Shown here in pieces: positions 10,836 to 19,005 of a stretch of DNA of 32,000 nucleotides. The notes below the pieces were generated by a model, which ran no database searches, was not told the origin of the DNA, and worked only from the letters and a program-made list of their open reading frames with translations. This DNA comes from Aliivibrio fischeri ES114. Its GTDB lineage: Bacteria > Pseudomonadota > Gammaproteobacteria > Enterobacterales > Vibrionaceae. Made by a program: the position numbers and the translations under genes. The first letter of the stretch is position 1; every line of letters begins with the position of its first letter. The DNA is taken from NCBI RefSeq assembly GCF_000011805.1, contig NC_006840.2; one strand, written 5' to 3'.

Positions 10836-11670
10836 ATGGAAAAGAAAATACTATTAACGGATTGCCCTGATTCTCGTGGGCTAATAGCAAAAATAACCAA
10901 CATTTGTTACAAACATCAGCTAAACATTGCTTCATAACAATGAATACGTTGATAACGTAACAGGTCAGTTTTTTATGAGAACAGAGCTAGAGGGCATTTT
11001 TAATGATGTCACTTTCCTAGCAGATATTGATGAAGCACTCCCATCAGGAAGTCATCGTAAATTGGTGACTGAGCCACGAAAAAAAGTGGTTATTCTCGTC
11101 ACTAAAGAAGCACACTGTATTGGTGATATTCTAATTAAAGCCTATTCTGGTGCGATGAATATCGATATTGCTGCAGTTGTGGGAAATCACGATGTATTAG
11201 GCGGCCTCATTGAAAAGTTCGATATCCCTTTTCACTACGTTTCCCATGAAGGGCTATCACGCGAAGAGCATGAAGAGAAAATGCTTGAAGTGATTAACTC
11301 TTATGAACCAGAATACGTTGTATTAGCAAAATATATGCGTGTATTAACACCAAACTTTGTTGCTCAATTCCCTAAAAAAATCATTAACATCCACCACAGT
11401 TTCTTACCTGCTTTCATTGGAGCAAAACCTTATCAGCAAGCTTATGACCGCGGTGTAAAAATCATTGGTGCCACCGCACACTTTGTAACGAATGATTTAG
11501 ATGAAGGTCCAATCATTAAACAAGATGTTATCCCTGTGGATCACAACTTTAGTGCTGAAGATATGGCAATGGCTGGTCGTGACGTAGAGAAATCAGTATT
11601 GAGTAAAGCGCTAACAAAAGTATTGAACGATCACGTTTTTGTTTACGGCAATAAAACCGTTATTCTTTAA
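10836..11670 (+). pseudogene. purU: Formyltetrahydrofolate deformylase PurU with a +1 frameshift in the N-terminal ACT domain
   Basis: ATG 10836 reads MEKKILLTDCPDSRGLIAKITNICYKHQLNIAS* (stop 10935-10937). The +1 frame continues HNNEYVDNVTGQFFMRTELEGIFNDV...KIINIHHSFLPAFIG...FVYGNKTVIL to 11670. The junction cattGCTTCATaac would read LNI-V-H-NNEYVD if the C at 10930 were absent. Confidence 0.88.
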
Positions 11671-11680
11671 AGACTGAAAT

Positions 11681-11718
11681 AAGAAACGGCGATCATTATG
11701 ATCGCCGTTTTTATTTTT
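11681..11718. terminator. Bidirectional terminator between purU and the downstream hydrolase
   Basis: AAACGGCGATCAT-t-ATGATCGCCGTTTTTATTTTT, 13-bp arms. Confidence 0.85.
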
Positions 11719-11727
11719 AATTCATTG

Positions 11728-12543
11728 TTATTGAGCCGCAATAAACTCTATTGCGTATTTATTAAATTCTTTTGGTCTATCAATATTACACACATGCCCA
11801 CATTCAGGGATTTGTAATAGCTGACTGTGTTGGTGTACTGCCACCATCTCTTCCACTGGTTTCATAAACAAATAATCATTTGCTCCCATCAAATAAAGTG
11901 TTGGGATCGCTAACTCTTTATCTTTGAAGTAACGCATTAACGGATTCACGTCAGCAGCTAATTTAAACCAACGCTTAAACTCTTTTTGACACAATTTTTT
12001 AGCTTCACGAGTGAACACATGTCGAGATTCTTTTTGGCTTTTTTGCGGCATCACCACATAAGAAAACAACTTATAAAGCCACATATAAGGCATGATATTC
12101 TTTGTCATATCGCCCATTTTAATCAAAAACTGAGAGCGAAAATTAAAACGAGTAATCGCTCCAGCTAATACCATTGAGCTTACACGGTCTTGTGCTAATT
12201 CAGCCAAGTTTCGAATAATAATCGTACCAAGAGACATACCAACAAAGTGCGCAGATTTAATATTAAGATGATCAAGTACATCTAAAATATCCTGACTTAC
12301 CACTTTAAAAGAATACTGTTTATTGATGAATTCTTTGATTTGGGAGAAATGGTTCGAACGTCCATGACCACGTAAATCAATGAGCAATACATTAAAATTC
12401 TTTCTAAAAGCAGCGATTTGCTTAAACCATGTTGTTGAGCTTCCACCCGCACCATGGACAAACACTACCCACTTAGAGCTCGATTCATGCTCATAGGTTC
12501 TATGGAATAATAAAGACTCAGACATCCTTTCAACTTCATTCAA
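11728..12543 (-). CDS. Alpha/beta hydrolase
   Basis: 271 aa, VVFVHGAGGSSTTWFKQ, DLRGHGRSNHF, HFVGMSLGTIIIRNLAEL, IPECGHVCNIDRP. Confidence 0.92.
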   Translation of the reverse strand: MNEVERMSESLLFHRTYEHESSSKWVVFVHGAGGSSTTWFKQIAAFRKNFNVLLIDLRGHGRSNHFSQIKEFINKQYSFKVVSQDILDVLDHLNIKSAHFVGMSLGTIIIRNLAELAQDRVSSMVLAGAITRFNFRSQFLIKMGDMTKNIMPYMWLYKLFSYVVMPQKSQKESRHVFTREAKKLCQKEFKRWFKLAADVNPLMRYFKDKELAIPTLYLMGANDYLFMKPVEEMVAVHQHSQLLQIPECGHVCNIDRPKEFNKYAIEFIAAQ

Positions 12544-12689
12544 AATTTACGTTAACATTGACTATAGCATTTCAAATAGAAGATGAATACTTCACACTGC
12601 ATTTCCCATCACAGCATTAATATATTCATACAAAAATAATCTAACTATCTGATTATAAAAATCAATAAGAGTGATTACTCTATAGTTAT

Positions 12690-13475
12690 CTATTTTCCCT
12701 GCTGCTCTTTTCTAAACTGTTCAGGAGTGACTCCCGTATGTTTACGAAACATCTTAATAAAAGAGGAACCTTGGCTATAGCCTAATTGATATGCAATTTC
12801 ATTGATTGATATAGCATCTTTTAACAAAACCATAGCCTTCGCTAATTTAGCCCTCTGACGCCAATCATTAAAACTCATTTTCAACTCTTTTTGAAAGCGC
12901 CTTGCCAAGGTTCTTTCAGTACTAAACACCCGCTTTGCCCATATTTCTAAACTTGAATCATCAGCAGGATTTTCTTGTAGTTGCATTAAAATAGGCGCTA
13001 ATAATTTATCATCCGTAAAAGGAAGATAGTTTTCTATTGGATTGGTTTTTGATAAACGCTCTATCAGAACATGACTTAAATATTTATCTTCTGTGCTAAG
13101 AACTTCTGTGGTTTGACGCTCAACAAGATCATCTACTATAGCCCTTAATAATGGCGTTAAAGGAAACATACAAGCGCTAGTAGGCAACTTCTGACTCAAT
13201 TCAAATTCAATATTAATCGCACAATATTCAACATCATTATGATTAAACGCACGATGCAATAAATGCGCTGGCGTCCAAATCGCATAATTGGCAGGACAAA
13301 ACATTTTTTGCTTATCCACTTCCATTTCAAGTCGCCCTTGCTTAATCAAATGTAACTGACCCCAAGGATGTGAATGCGATAACGTTTCTGTTTTTGCCTC
13401 AAGAAAAAAATAATGAAAAAACACATCCGTTGGCAGGTTTTCATCTAATTGAGGCAGGAATTTTTTATCTGTCAT
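12690..13475 (-). CDS. AraC-family transcriptional regulator with N-terminal cupin-like sensor domain
   Basis: ORF 12690-13505, likely start MTDKKFLPQL at 13475. Cupin-like SHPWGQLHLIKQGRLEM and C-terminal double HTH ERTLARRFQKELKMSFNDWRQRAKLAKAMVLL...AYQLGYSQGSSFIKMFRKHTGVTPEQFRK. Confidence 0.92.
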   Translation of the reverse strand: MTDKKFLPQLDENLPTDVFFHYFFLEAKTETLSHSHPWGQLHLIKQGRLEMEVDKQKMFCPANYAIWTPAHLLHRAFNHNDVEYCAINIEFELSQKLPTSACMFPLTPLLRAIVDDLVERQTTEVLSTEDKYLSHVLIERLSKTNPIENYLPFTDDKLLAPILMQLQENPADDSSLEIWAKRVFSTERTLARRFQKELKMSFNDWRQRAKLAKAMVLLKDAISINEIAYQLGYSQGSSFIKMFRKHTGVTPEQFRKEQQGK

Positions 13476-13563
13476 GTTCGCTATGTTAGGTGTCCTAAAT
13501 GGCATACAACTCTGCTCGCTATTGATGTGACAATTCTATCAATTATTTCTGATAGAGGTTTTT

Positions 13564-14457
13564 ATGACTATCTTCTTCCCTATTACAGCCGTATTTATCT
13601 GGGCTACAAATGCCGTGATAAGTAAACTCGCTACAGAGGCAATCGAACCTGGTGCTATCGCATTCTATCGCTGGTTTTTTGCTATATTTATCTTGCTGCC
13701 TTTTTGTATAAAACCTGTATGGCAACAAAGGCAACAGATTAAAGCTCACTTAGGTAAGTTAACCATACTGGCTTCATTAGGTATGGTGCTAAACCAATGC
13801 CTTGCTTACTACGCCGCTCATACAACAAGCGCAACCAACATCGCTGTCTTTTTATCACTGATGCCTTTATTTGGATTATTCCTAGCCGTTCCTTTATTAG
13901 GTAATAAACTTAAAAAACAAGCGTTAATTGGCGCTATCATTTCGTTTTCAGGGCTTATTTATATGCTAAGTGAAGGAAACCCAATGAGCTTATTATCAAA
14001 TGGAATAAAACAAGGTGATGGCTTAATGTTTATCTCAAGTTTGGCTTATGCTTTATATTCCGTTTTACTTAATAAATGGAAACTTCCGTTGGCACCTTGG
14101 ACTTCCGTTTTTTGCCAAGTCGTTATTGGTGCTGCACTTCAGTTACCTTTATTATTAACAAGTGACTCTTATATGATCAACCATACCGCACTACCTATGG
14201 TTCTATTTGCTGCCGCTTTTGCTTCTGTTATTGCACCATGGTGTTGGCTGCAAGGCGTACAAAGAATTGGATCTTCACAAGCTACGCTATTTATGAATTT
14301 AGTGCCTGTATTTACTGTAATAGTCAGCTTTATTTTTCTGGGTAAAGTTCCAACTTGGTATCACTTAATTGGAGGAAGTGCTGTACTTATTGGCTTACTC
14401 TTAGCTCAAGTAAAAATCACATCAATGCAAACTGCACTCTCAGAAAAAGTTGTTTAA
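13564..14457 (+). CDS. EamA/DMT-family transporter
   Basis: 297 aa, about 10 TM segments in two repeats (IWATNAVISKLATEAIEPGAIAFYRWFFA; FAAAFASVIAPWCWLQGVQRIGSSQATLFMNLVPVFTVIVSFIFLGK); divergent from the AraC gene. Confidence 0.92.
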   Translation: MTIFFPITAVFIWATNAVISKLATEAIEPGAIAFYRWFFAIFILLPFCIKPVWQQRQQIKAHLGKLTILASLGMVLNQCLAYYAAHTTSATNIAVFLSLMPLFGLFLAVPLLGNKLKKQALIGAIISFSGLIYMLSEGNPMSLLSNGIKQGDGLMFISSLAYALYSVLLNKWKLPLAPWTSVFCQVVIGAALQLPLLLTSDSYMINHTALPMVLFAAAFASVIAPWCWLQGVQRIGSSQATLFMNLVPVFTVIVSFIFLGKVPTWYHLIGGSAVLIGLLLAQVKITSMQTALSEKVV

Positions 14458-14489
14458 TGTCAGGCAGCACAAGCAATTATCAAAGAATA

Positions 14490-14522
14490 TGCACCTCTAA
14501 CTATAAAGAGGTGCATCACTTT
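14490..14522. terminator. Terminator between EamA gene and convergent malY
   Basis: ATGCACCTCT-aactataa-AGAGGTGCAT followed by cacttttatt. Confidence 0.65.
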
Positions 14523-15694
14523 TATTCAGTCAACTCTTTAACCGCAGAAATCAGCGCCATAAGCCCTTTTTCTACTTTTTCTCTTGGACAACCTAAATTC
14601 AAACGGACAAAATATTTCCCAACCTCACCATAGGTACTCCCTTGCATTATCGCTACCTTATGTTTCTTAATAAGACACTGATTTAGTTTATCCATATCAA
14701 TAGAAAGCGAAGATAGATCAATCCAAGCAAGATAAGTTGCATCTGGAATTTGGTAACCAACGCTCGGTAACTGTTCTGCTAAGGTTTGTGCAACATAATG
14801 ATGATTTTCATAAAGATAGGTTTTTAATTCGTCTAACCAAGGCGCTCCTTTTTGATACGCCGCCATTAAACCAATAACACCAAGGATCGATGGTGATGAT
14901 AAGCCATCGACTTGCTTAAGATTAAACAGGTAATTATCTCGTGCCGATTCTTCTGCAATAAATGCATAAGATCCATTTAGCGCAGGGATATTAAATGATT
15001 TTGATGCTGAACTGACTAACGCCCAACGTTCCCCTGCACCAAAACCCTGCCATGGCGTATGAGGCTTAAATGAAACATCCATGTGGATCTCATCACTAAT
15101 CACAGCCACATTATGCTTTTGACACAACGAAGCCATACGAGTTAATTCCGCAGATGTCCAAACCCTTCCCGTTGGATTATGCGGGCTACATAGAAGCAAA
15201 ATCGTGTTATTTGGATCCGCTAACTGTGTTTCAAATTGTTCCCAATTAATCTGATAACCAGAGTCCGTTGCTTGTAACTTATTGGCGACGATTGTACGCC
15301 CTAACCCTAAAATCATTTTGTCAAAAGCATCATAAGCAGGAGTATGGATAATCACCCCTTGATTCGGTTGACTCCATTCACGTATTAATTGAGAAACAAT
15401 ATAAATAACGGAAGGACCATACACTAAATGATCATCATTAAACTCAGCATCAAAACGGCTCTTAAACCAATGGATAACAGCTTCTTTAAAATCACTGTGA
15501 TTCCATCGACTATAGCCAAACACAGGATGATTGATACGAGAGTTTAAGGCTTCAATCACAGCAGGAGGTGCTGCAAAATCCATATCCGAAATAGTAAATG
15601 GAAGCAAATCCGCCTCCCCAAATCGATCCTCAACATAATCCCATTGAGTGCAGTAACTGCCTTTACGATTAATCTGTTCAGAGAAATTAAACAT
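14522..15694 (-). CDS. malY: PLP-dependent MalY/PatB aminotransferase (cystathionine beta-lyase-like)
   Basis: ORF 14522-15766. Likely start at the internal ATG 15694 (MFNFSEQINRKGSYCTQWDYVEDRFG). LLLCSPHNPTGRVWT, SSASKSFNIPALNGSYAF. Follows malX. Confidence 0.92.
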   Translation of the reverse strand: MFNFSEQINRKGSYCTQWDYVEDRFGEADLLPFTISDMDFAAPPAVIEALNSRINHPVFGYSRWNHSDFKEAVIHWFKSRFDAEFNDDHLVYGPSVIYIVSQLIREWSQPNQGVIIHTPAYDAFDKMILGLGRTIVANKLQATDSGYQINWEQFETQLADPNNTILLLCSPHNPTGRVWTSAELTRMASLCQKHNVAVISDEIHMDVSFKPHTPWQGFGAGERWALVSSASKSFNIPALNGSYAFIAEESARDNYLFNLKQVDGLSSPSILGVIGLMAAYQKGAPWLDELKTYLYENHHYVAQTLAEQLPSVGYQIPDATYLAWIDLSSLSIDMDKLNQCLIKKHKVAIMQGSTYGEVGKYFVRLNLGCPREKVEKGLMALISAVKELTE

Positions 15695-15731
15695 AGGTAA
15701 ATACTCCCAAAAAACAATCCAGAAATAGAAA

Positions 15732-15764
15732 CAAAAAGAAAAAGCGGAGTTAAATAAACTCCGC
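15732..15764 (-). terminator. Hairpin plus U-rich tract between malX and malY (candidate terminator/attenuator)
   Basis: Minus strand GCGGAGTT-tattt-AACTCCGC followed by TTTTTCTTTTTG. Confidence 0.7.
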
Positions 15765-15816
15765 AATGAATACCAACCTAAACATAGATTAACGACTTAT
15801 CTAGATTGGCATCGAA

Positions 15817-17394
15817 CTAAGCTGGCGTTGCCATTAATGATTGAATTTCATTTTTAACCATATGAACTTGAGTACCAATAACCACTTGTAAACTGTGTTC
15901 ATCAAGTTTCACAACACCAAGAGCACCGTAAGCCTTTAGTTCCGCATCATTTACCAGTCTCATATCAGCAACGGTTAAACGTAAACGTGTAATACAGTTA
16001 TCAAGTGAAGTAATGTTTTCTGCACCACCAAGAGCCGAAAGGATTAACGCCCCTTTACCGCCTTCAGTCGCTAGAATCGTTTCAGCTTCAGCCGATACAG
16101 GAACTTCGTTTGTTTCACGTCCAGGAGTTTTCAAATTGAACTTAAGAATCGCAAACTTAAATACGAAGTAGTAAATAGTGAACCAAACACCAGCAACAAC
16201 AGGAACCAAGTACCATTTCGTTGCAGTACCTTGAAGCACACCAAAGACTAAGAAATCAATAATGTTGCCATCAGTATTACCGATAGTGACATCTAACATC
16301 CCCATTACCATGAAACCTAAGCCCGTTAGCATCGCATGAATGAAATACAGTACTGGAGCAACAAATAGGAATAAGAATTCAAGAGGTTCGGTGATACCAC
16401 CAACGACACAAGCCACAACACCAGAGATTAATAACGCTTTAATCTTGCTTCGGTTTTCAACTTTAGAACAGTGGTACATAGCCAGAGCTGCACCAGGAAG
16501 ACCACCTAAGAAAGCTGGCATCTTACCTTGAGATAAGAAGGCAGTCACAGACGGTGTAAAACCTTGTGTGTCTGGACAAGATAATTCTGAGTAGAAAATA
16601 TTAAGAGCGCCAGATACTGTGTCACCACACACTTCCATCGTGCCGCCCGCTTCAGTAAATCGAATCAGCGCAACTAAAATATGGTGAAGACCGATAGGAA
16701 GCAGTAAACGCTCACCAGCACCAAATAAGAAAGGTCCAAAATCTCCTGCACCTGCTATTGCATAACCAATACCGTTAATGCCAGCTGCAAAATAAGGCCA
16801 AATAAAAGGAACAAGCAGACCAACAACACCAAGTGTAAGTGAAGAGATAATTGGAACAAAACGAGCGCCACCAAAGAAAGCTAACGCATCTGGCATTTTA
16901 AATGTGTAGAAACGAGTATGCAGTTTCGCAACAATAATACCAACGATAACAGCACCTAAAATACCCGTATCAATTGATTCTGTACCCAAAATAGAAGTTA
17001 CACCATATGATTGACGTAAAGCTTCACTATCTAGCGCACCTGTTACGGTTAAATAGAAATTGATTGAAAGGTTAAGCGCGGCGTAACCAACTAGACCTGA
17101 AAATGCTGCAACCCCTTTTTCTTCACGAGCAAGTCCCATTGGAATCGCAATCGCAAACATTACTGGTAAGTAGATAAAAGCCACTAAACCAATTTTTGTC
17201 ATCCAAATGAAGATATATTGAAGAATCACATTATCAAAAAAAGGCATTGCCTCTTTTAAGGCTGCACTAGAAAAAGAGCTCCCGATACCAAGAAGAATAC
17301 CCGAAAAAGCGAGCAAAGCGACAGGAACCATAAAGGTTTTACCTAAGCTCTGTAAGAACTCCCACAGAGTAGTTTTATTAGCTTTTTGTTGCAT
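15817..17394 (-). CDS. malX: PTS maltose/glucose transporter subunit IICB
   Basis: 525 aa with EIIC membrane segments (GGARFVPIISSLTLGVVGLLVPFIWP; GGITEPLEFLFLFVAPVLY) and EIIB site NITSLDNCITRLRLTV. Context malI/malX/malY. Confidence 0.95.
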   Translation of the reverse strand: MQQKANKTTLWEFLQSLGKTFMVPVALLAFSGILLGIGSSFSSAALKEAMPFFDNVILQYIFIWMTKIGLVAFIYLPVMFAIAIPMGLAREEKGVAAFSGLVGYAALNLSINFYLTVTGALDSEALRQSYGVTSILGTESIDTGILGAVIVGIIVAKLHTRFYTFKMPDALAFFGGARFVPIISSLTLGVVGLLVPFIWPYFAAGINGIGYAIAGAGDFGPFLFGAGERLLLPIGLHHILVALIRFTEAGGTMEVCGDTVSGALNIFYSELSCPDTQGFTPSVTAFLSQGKMPAFLGGLPGAALAMYHCSKVENRSKIKALLISGVVACVVGGITEPLEFLFLFVAPVLYFIHAMLTGLGFMVMGMLDVTIGNTDGNIIDFLVFGVLQGTATKWYLVPVVAGVWFTIYYFVFKFAILKFNLKTPGRETNEVPVSAEAETILATEGGKGALILSALGGAENITSLDNCITRLRLTVADMRLVNDAELKAYGALGVVKLDEHSLQVVIGTQVHMVKNEIQSLMATPA

Positions 17395-17503
17395 AGGATT
17401 TCTCCATTAAATAAATCAAATAGACAACAGGAGGTAATTCAACAGCTTTAAATTTGTTGAGTACGCTTTCGTATTTATCGACACAATACACATGATAAAG
17501 ACA

Positions 17504-17521
17504 TGGTAAAACGTTTTACCA
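17504..17521. promoter_or_regulatory. MalI-like operator, malX side
   Basis: Perfect palindrome TGGTAAAACGTTTTACCA in the malI-malX divergent region; resembles E. coli MalI operator GATAAAACGTTTTATC. Confidence 0.8.
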
Positions 17522-17604
17522 CTTTTCCTGTGATCACGATCGATATAATTTTTCAATTTATATACAAATGCTATAGAATGAGGAATCTAAAGAAGGTTTT
17601 GTTA

Positions 17605-17620
17605 GGTGAAACGTTTTATC
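17605..17620. promoter_or_regulatory. MalI-like operator, malI side
   Basis: GGTGAAACGTTTTATC, imperfect palindrome sharing the AAACGTTT core, 22 bp before malI. Confidence 0.75.
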
Positions 17621-17642
17621 AAAGACAACTAAAAGAAGAATC

Positions 17643-18665
17643 ATGATAAATAAAAAAGCAAATATAAAGGATGTCGCTGAACGTGCTGGGGTTTCTGTAA
17701 CCACGGTTTCGATGGTGCTAAGCGAAAAAGGGCGTATATCTTCTGATACGATTGATAAAGTGAATCAAGCCGTACAAGATTTGGGTTATATAAAAAACCG
17801 TACAGCCTCTAACCTACGCTCACAAAAGTCGACTTTAATAGGCTTAATCTTACGCGACATCAGTGACCCTTATTATGCTGAAGTTGCCGCTGGAATAAGT
17901 GAAGTATTAGAAGAAAAAGGCTATATGCTTTTTCTTGCTCAATCAGGCACAAGCCAAGAAAAATTTGACCAATGTTTAGCAACCATGATTGCTCAAGATA
18001 TTGGTGGGATCATTTTCTGTCCTATTCGTGATTCAGAGCTCCCTAACCTTGATAAAGTGAAAAACGTAGGCCTTCCCATTGTTTGTGTTGCTCGAGCCAA
18101 AATAAATCAACCCATCGATTTTGTTGGTCCTGATAACATGCAAGCAGCTAAAATTGCCACTGAATATCTCATTAAACAAGGACATCGACAAATTGCTTAT
18201 GTTGGTGGACAAAGTGACTCTTTAAGTCGAGCTGAGCGTTTAGGTGGCTATTGCAGCACCCTAATGCAGTTTGGCTTACCATTTAAATCTGAATGGGTTG
18301 TTGAATGCGATAAAAGCCAAACTGCATCGGCAGAAGCGGTAAGTCAATTAATTAATAAAAACCCTAAGATTACTGCGATTCTTTGTCACTATTCATCGAC
18401 AGCTTTTGGTGCAGTATACGGCGTAAATCGAGCTAATCGCAGTGTAGGTAAAGATAACTACATTGGTCAACAAGTTGCTATTATTGGATTTGATGATGTA
18501 CCTGAAGCTGAACTTATTCAACCATCACTTACTTTTGTATCCTCACCGATACGAGATATTGGTCGCCAAGCAGGTCATCGATTAATAAATCAAATCAATG
18601 ATAAAGGCAGTGTGCCTCAAAGTTTAATCTTAAGCCCTGAGTTAATTGCTCGTAATTCTGCATAA
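17643..18665 (+). CDS. malI: LacI-family repressor MalI
   Basis: 340 aa, N-terminal HTH NIKDVAERAGVSVTTVSMVLSEKGRISSDTIDKVNQAVQDLGY; divergent from malXY. Confidence 0.94.
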   Translation: MINKKANIKDVAERAGVSVTTVSMVLSEKGRISSDTIDKVNQAVQDLGYIKNRTASNLRSQKSTLIGLILRDISDPYYAEVAAGISEVLEEKGYMLFLAQSGTSQEKFDQCLATMIAQDIGGIIFCPIRDSELPNLDKVKNVGLPIVCVARAKINQPIDFVGPDNMQAAKIATEYLIKQGHRQIAYVGGQSDSLSRAERLGGYCSTLMQFGLPFKSEWVVECDKSQTASAEAVSQLINKNPKITAILCHYSSTAFGAVYGVNRANRSVGKDNYIGQQVAIIGFDDVPEAELIQPSLTFVSSPIRDIGRQAGHRLINQINDKGSVPQSLILSPELIARNSA

Positions 18666-18783
18666 ATAAAAAAGATAACTGAGTTATTAGTGGGAATAAT
18701 ATTAATAACCAAACAAATACATTGATATTAATGTAATAACAAACTAACGTGAAATCTCAACTTCATTTTATTAAGGATAATAT

Positions 18784-18942
18784 ATGAACAAGCTGGTTTT
18801 AATTATTTTATGTGTGTTGCTGCCACCACTTGGGGTTTTCTTTGCCAAAGGTGTAGGTAAAGATCTACTCATCAATATCATATTGACACTTTTATTTTGG
18901 ATCCCAGGAATGGTCCACGCTCTTTGGGTTACGACTCGATAG
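18784..18942 (+). CDS. YqaE/Pmp3-family small membrane protein (absent from the supplied ORF track)
   Basis: 52-aa ORF MNKLVLIILCVLLPPLGVFFAKGVGKDLLINIILTLLFWIPGMVHALWVTTR; LLPPLGVF and two hydrophobic helices with PGxxHALW typical of Pmp3. RBS AAGGATAATAT. Confidence 0.85.
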   Translation: MNKLVLIILCVLLPPLGVFFAKGVGKDLLINIILTLLFWIPGMVHALWVTTR

Positions 18943-18950
18943 CAGAAATA

Positions 18951-18986
18951 AAAAAGCGAAGCTGATGATGGGCTTCGCTCTTGTTT
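18951..18986. terminator. Terminator between the Pmp3-like gene and metE
   Basis: AGCGAAGC-tgatgatgg-GCTTCGCT followed by CTTGTTT (and A-rich on the left, so may also serve metE). Confidence 0.75.
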
Positions 18987-19005
18987 AAAAATATATTATT
19001 GCAAA

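Noticed and set aside
10663-10935. 90-aa minus-strand ORF between yoaA and purU
   Set aside because: Overlaps the purU 5' end antisense, has no recognisable motifs, and occupies the expected promoter region.
6075-12543. Whether fadD/hydrolase/slp/tsaB/yoaA and neighbouring genes form a defence or secondary-metabolite cluster
   Set aside because: All recognisable members are housekeeping or common accessory genes. There is no nuclease/sensor/effector pairing and no mobile-element boundary.
14355-14633. 92-aa plus-strand ORF spanning EamA 3' end and malY 3' end
   Set aside because: Crosses a terminator hairpin, and both flanking genes are better supported in other frames.
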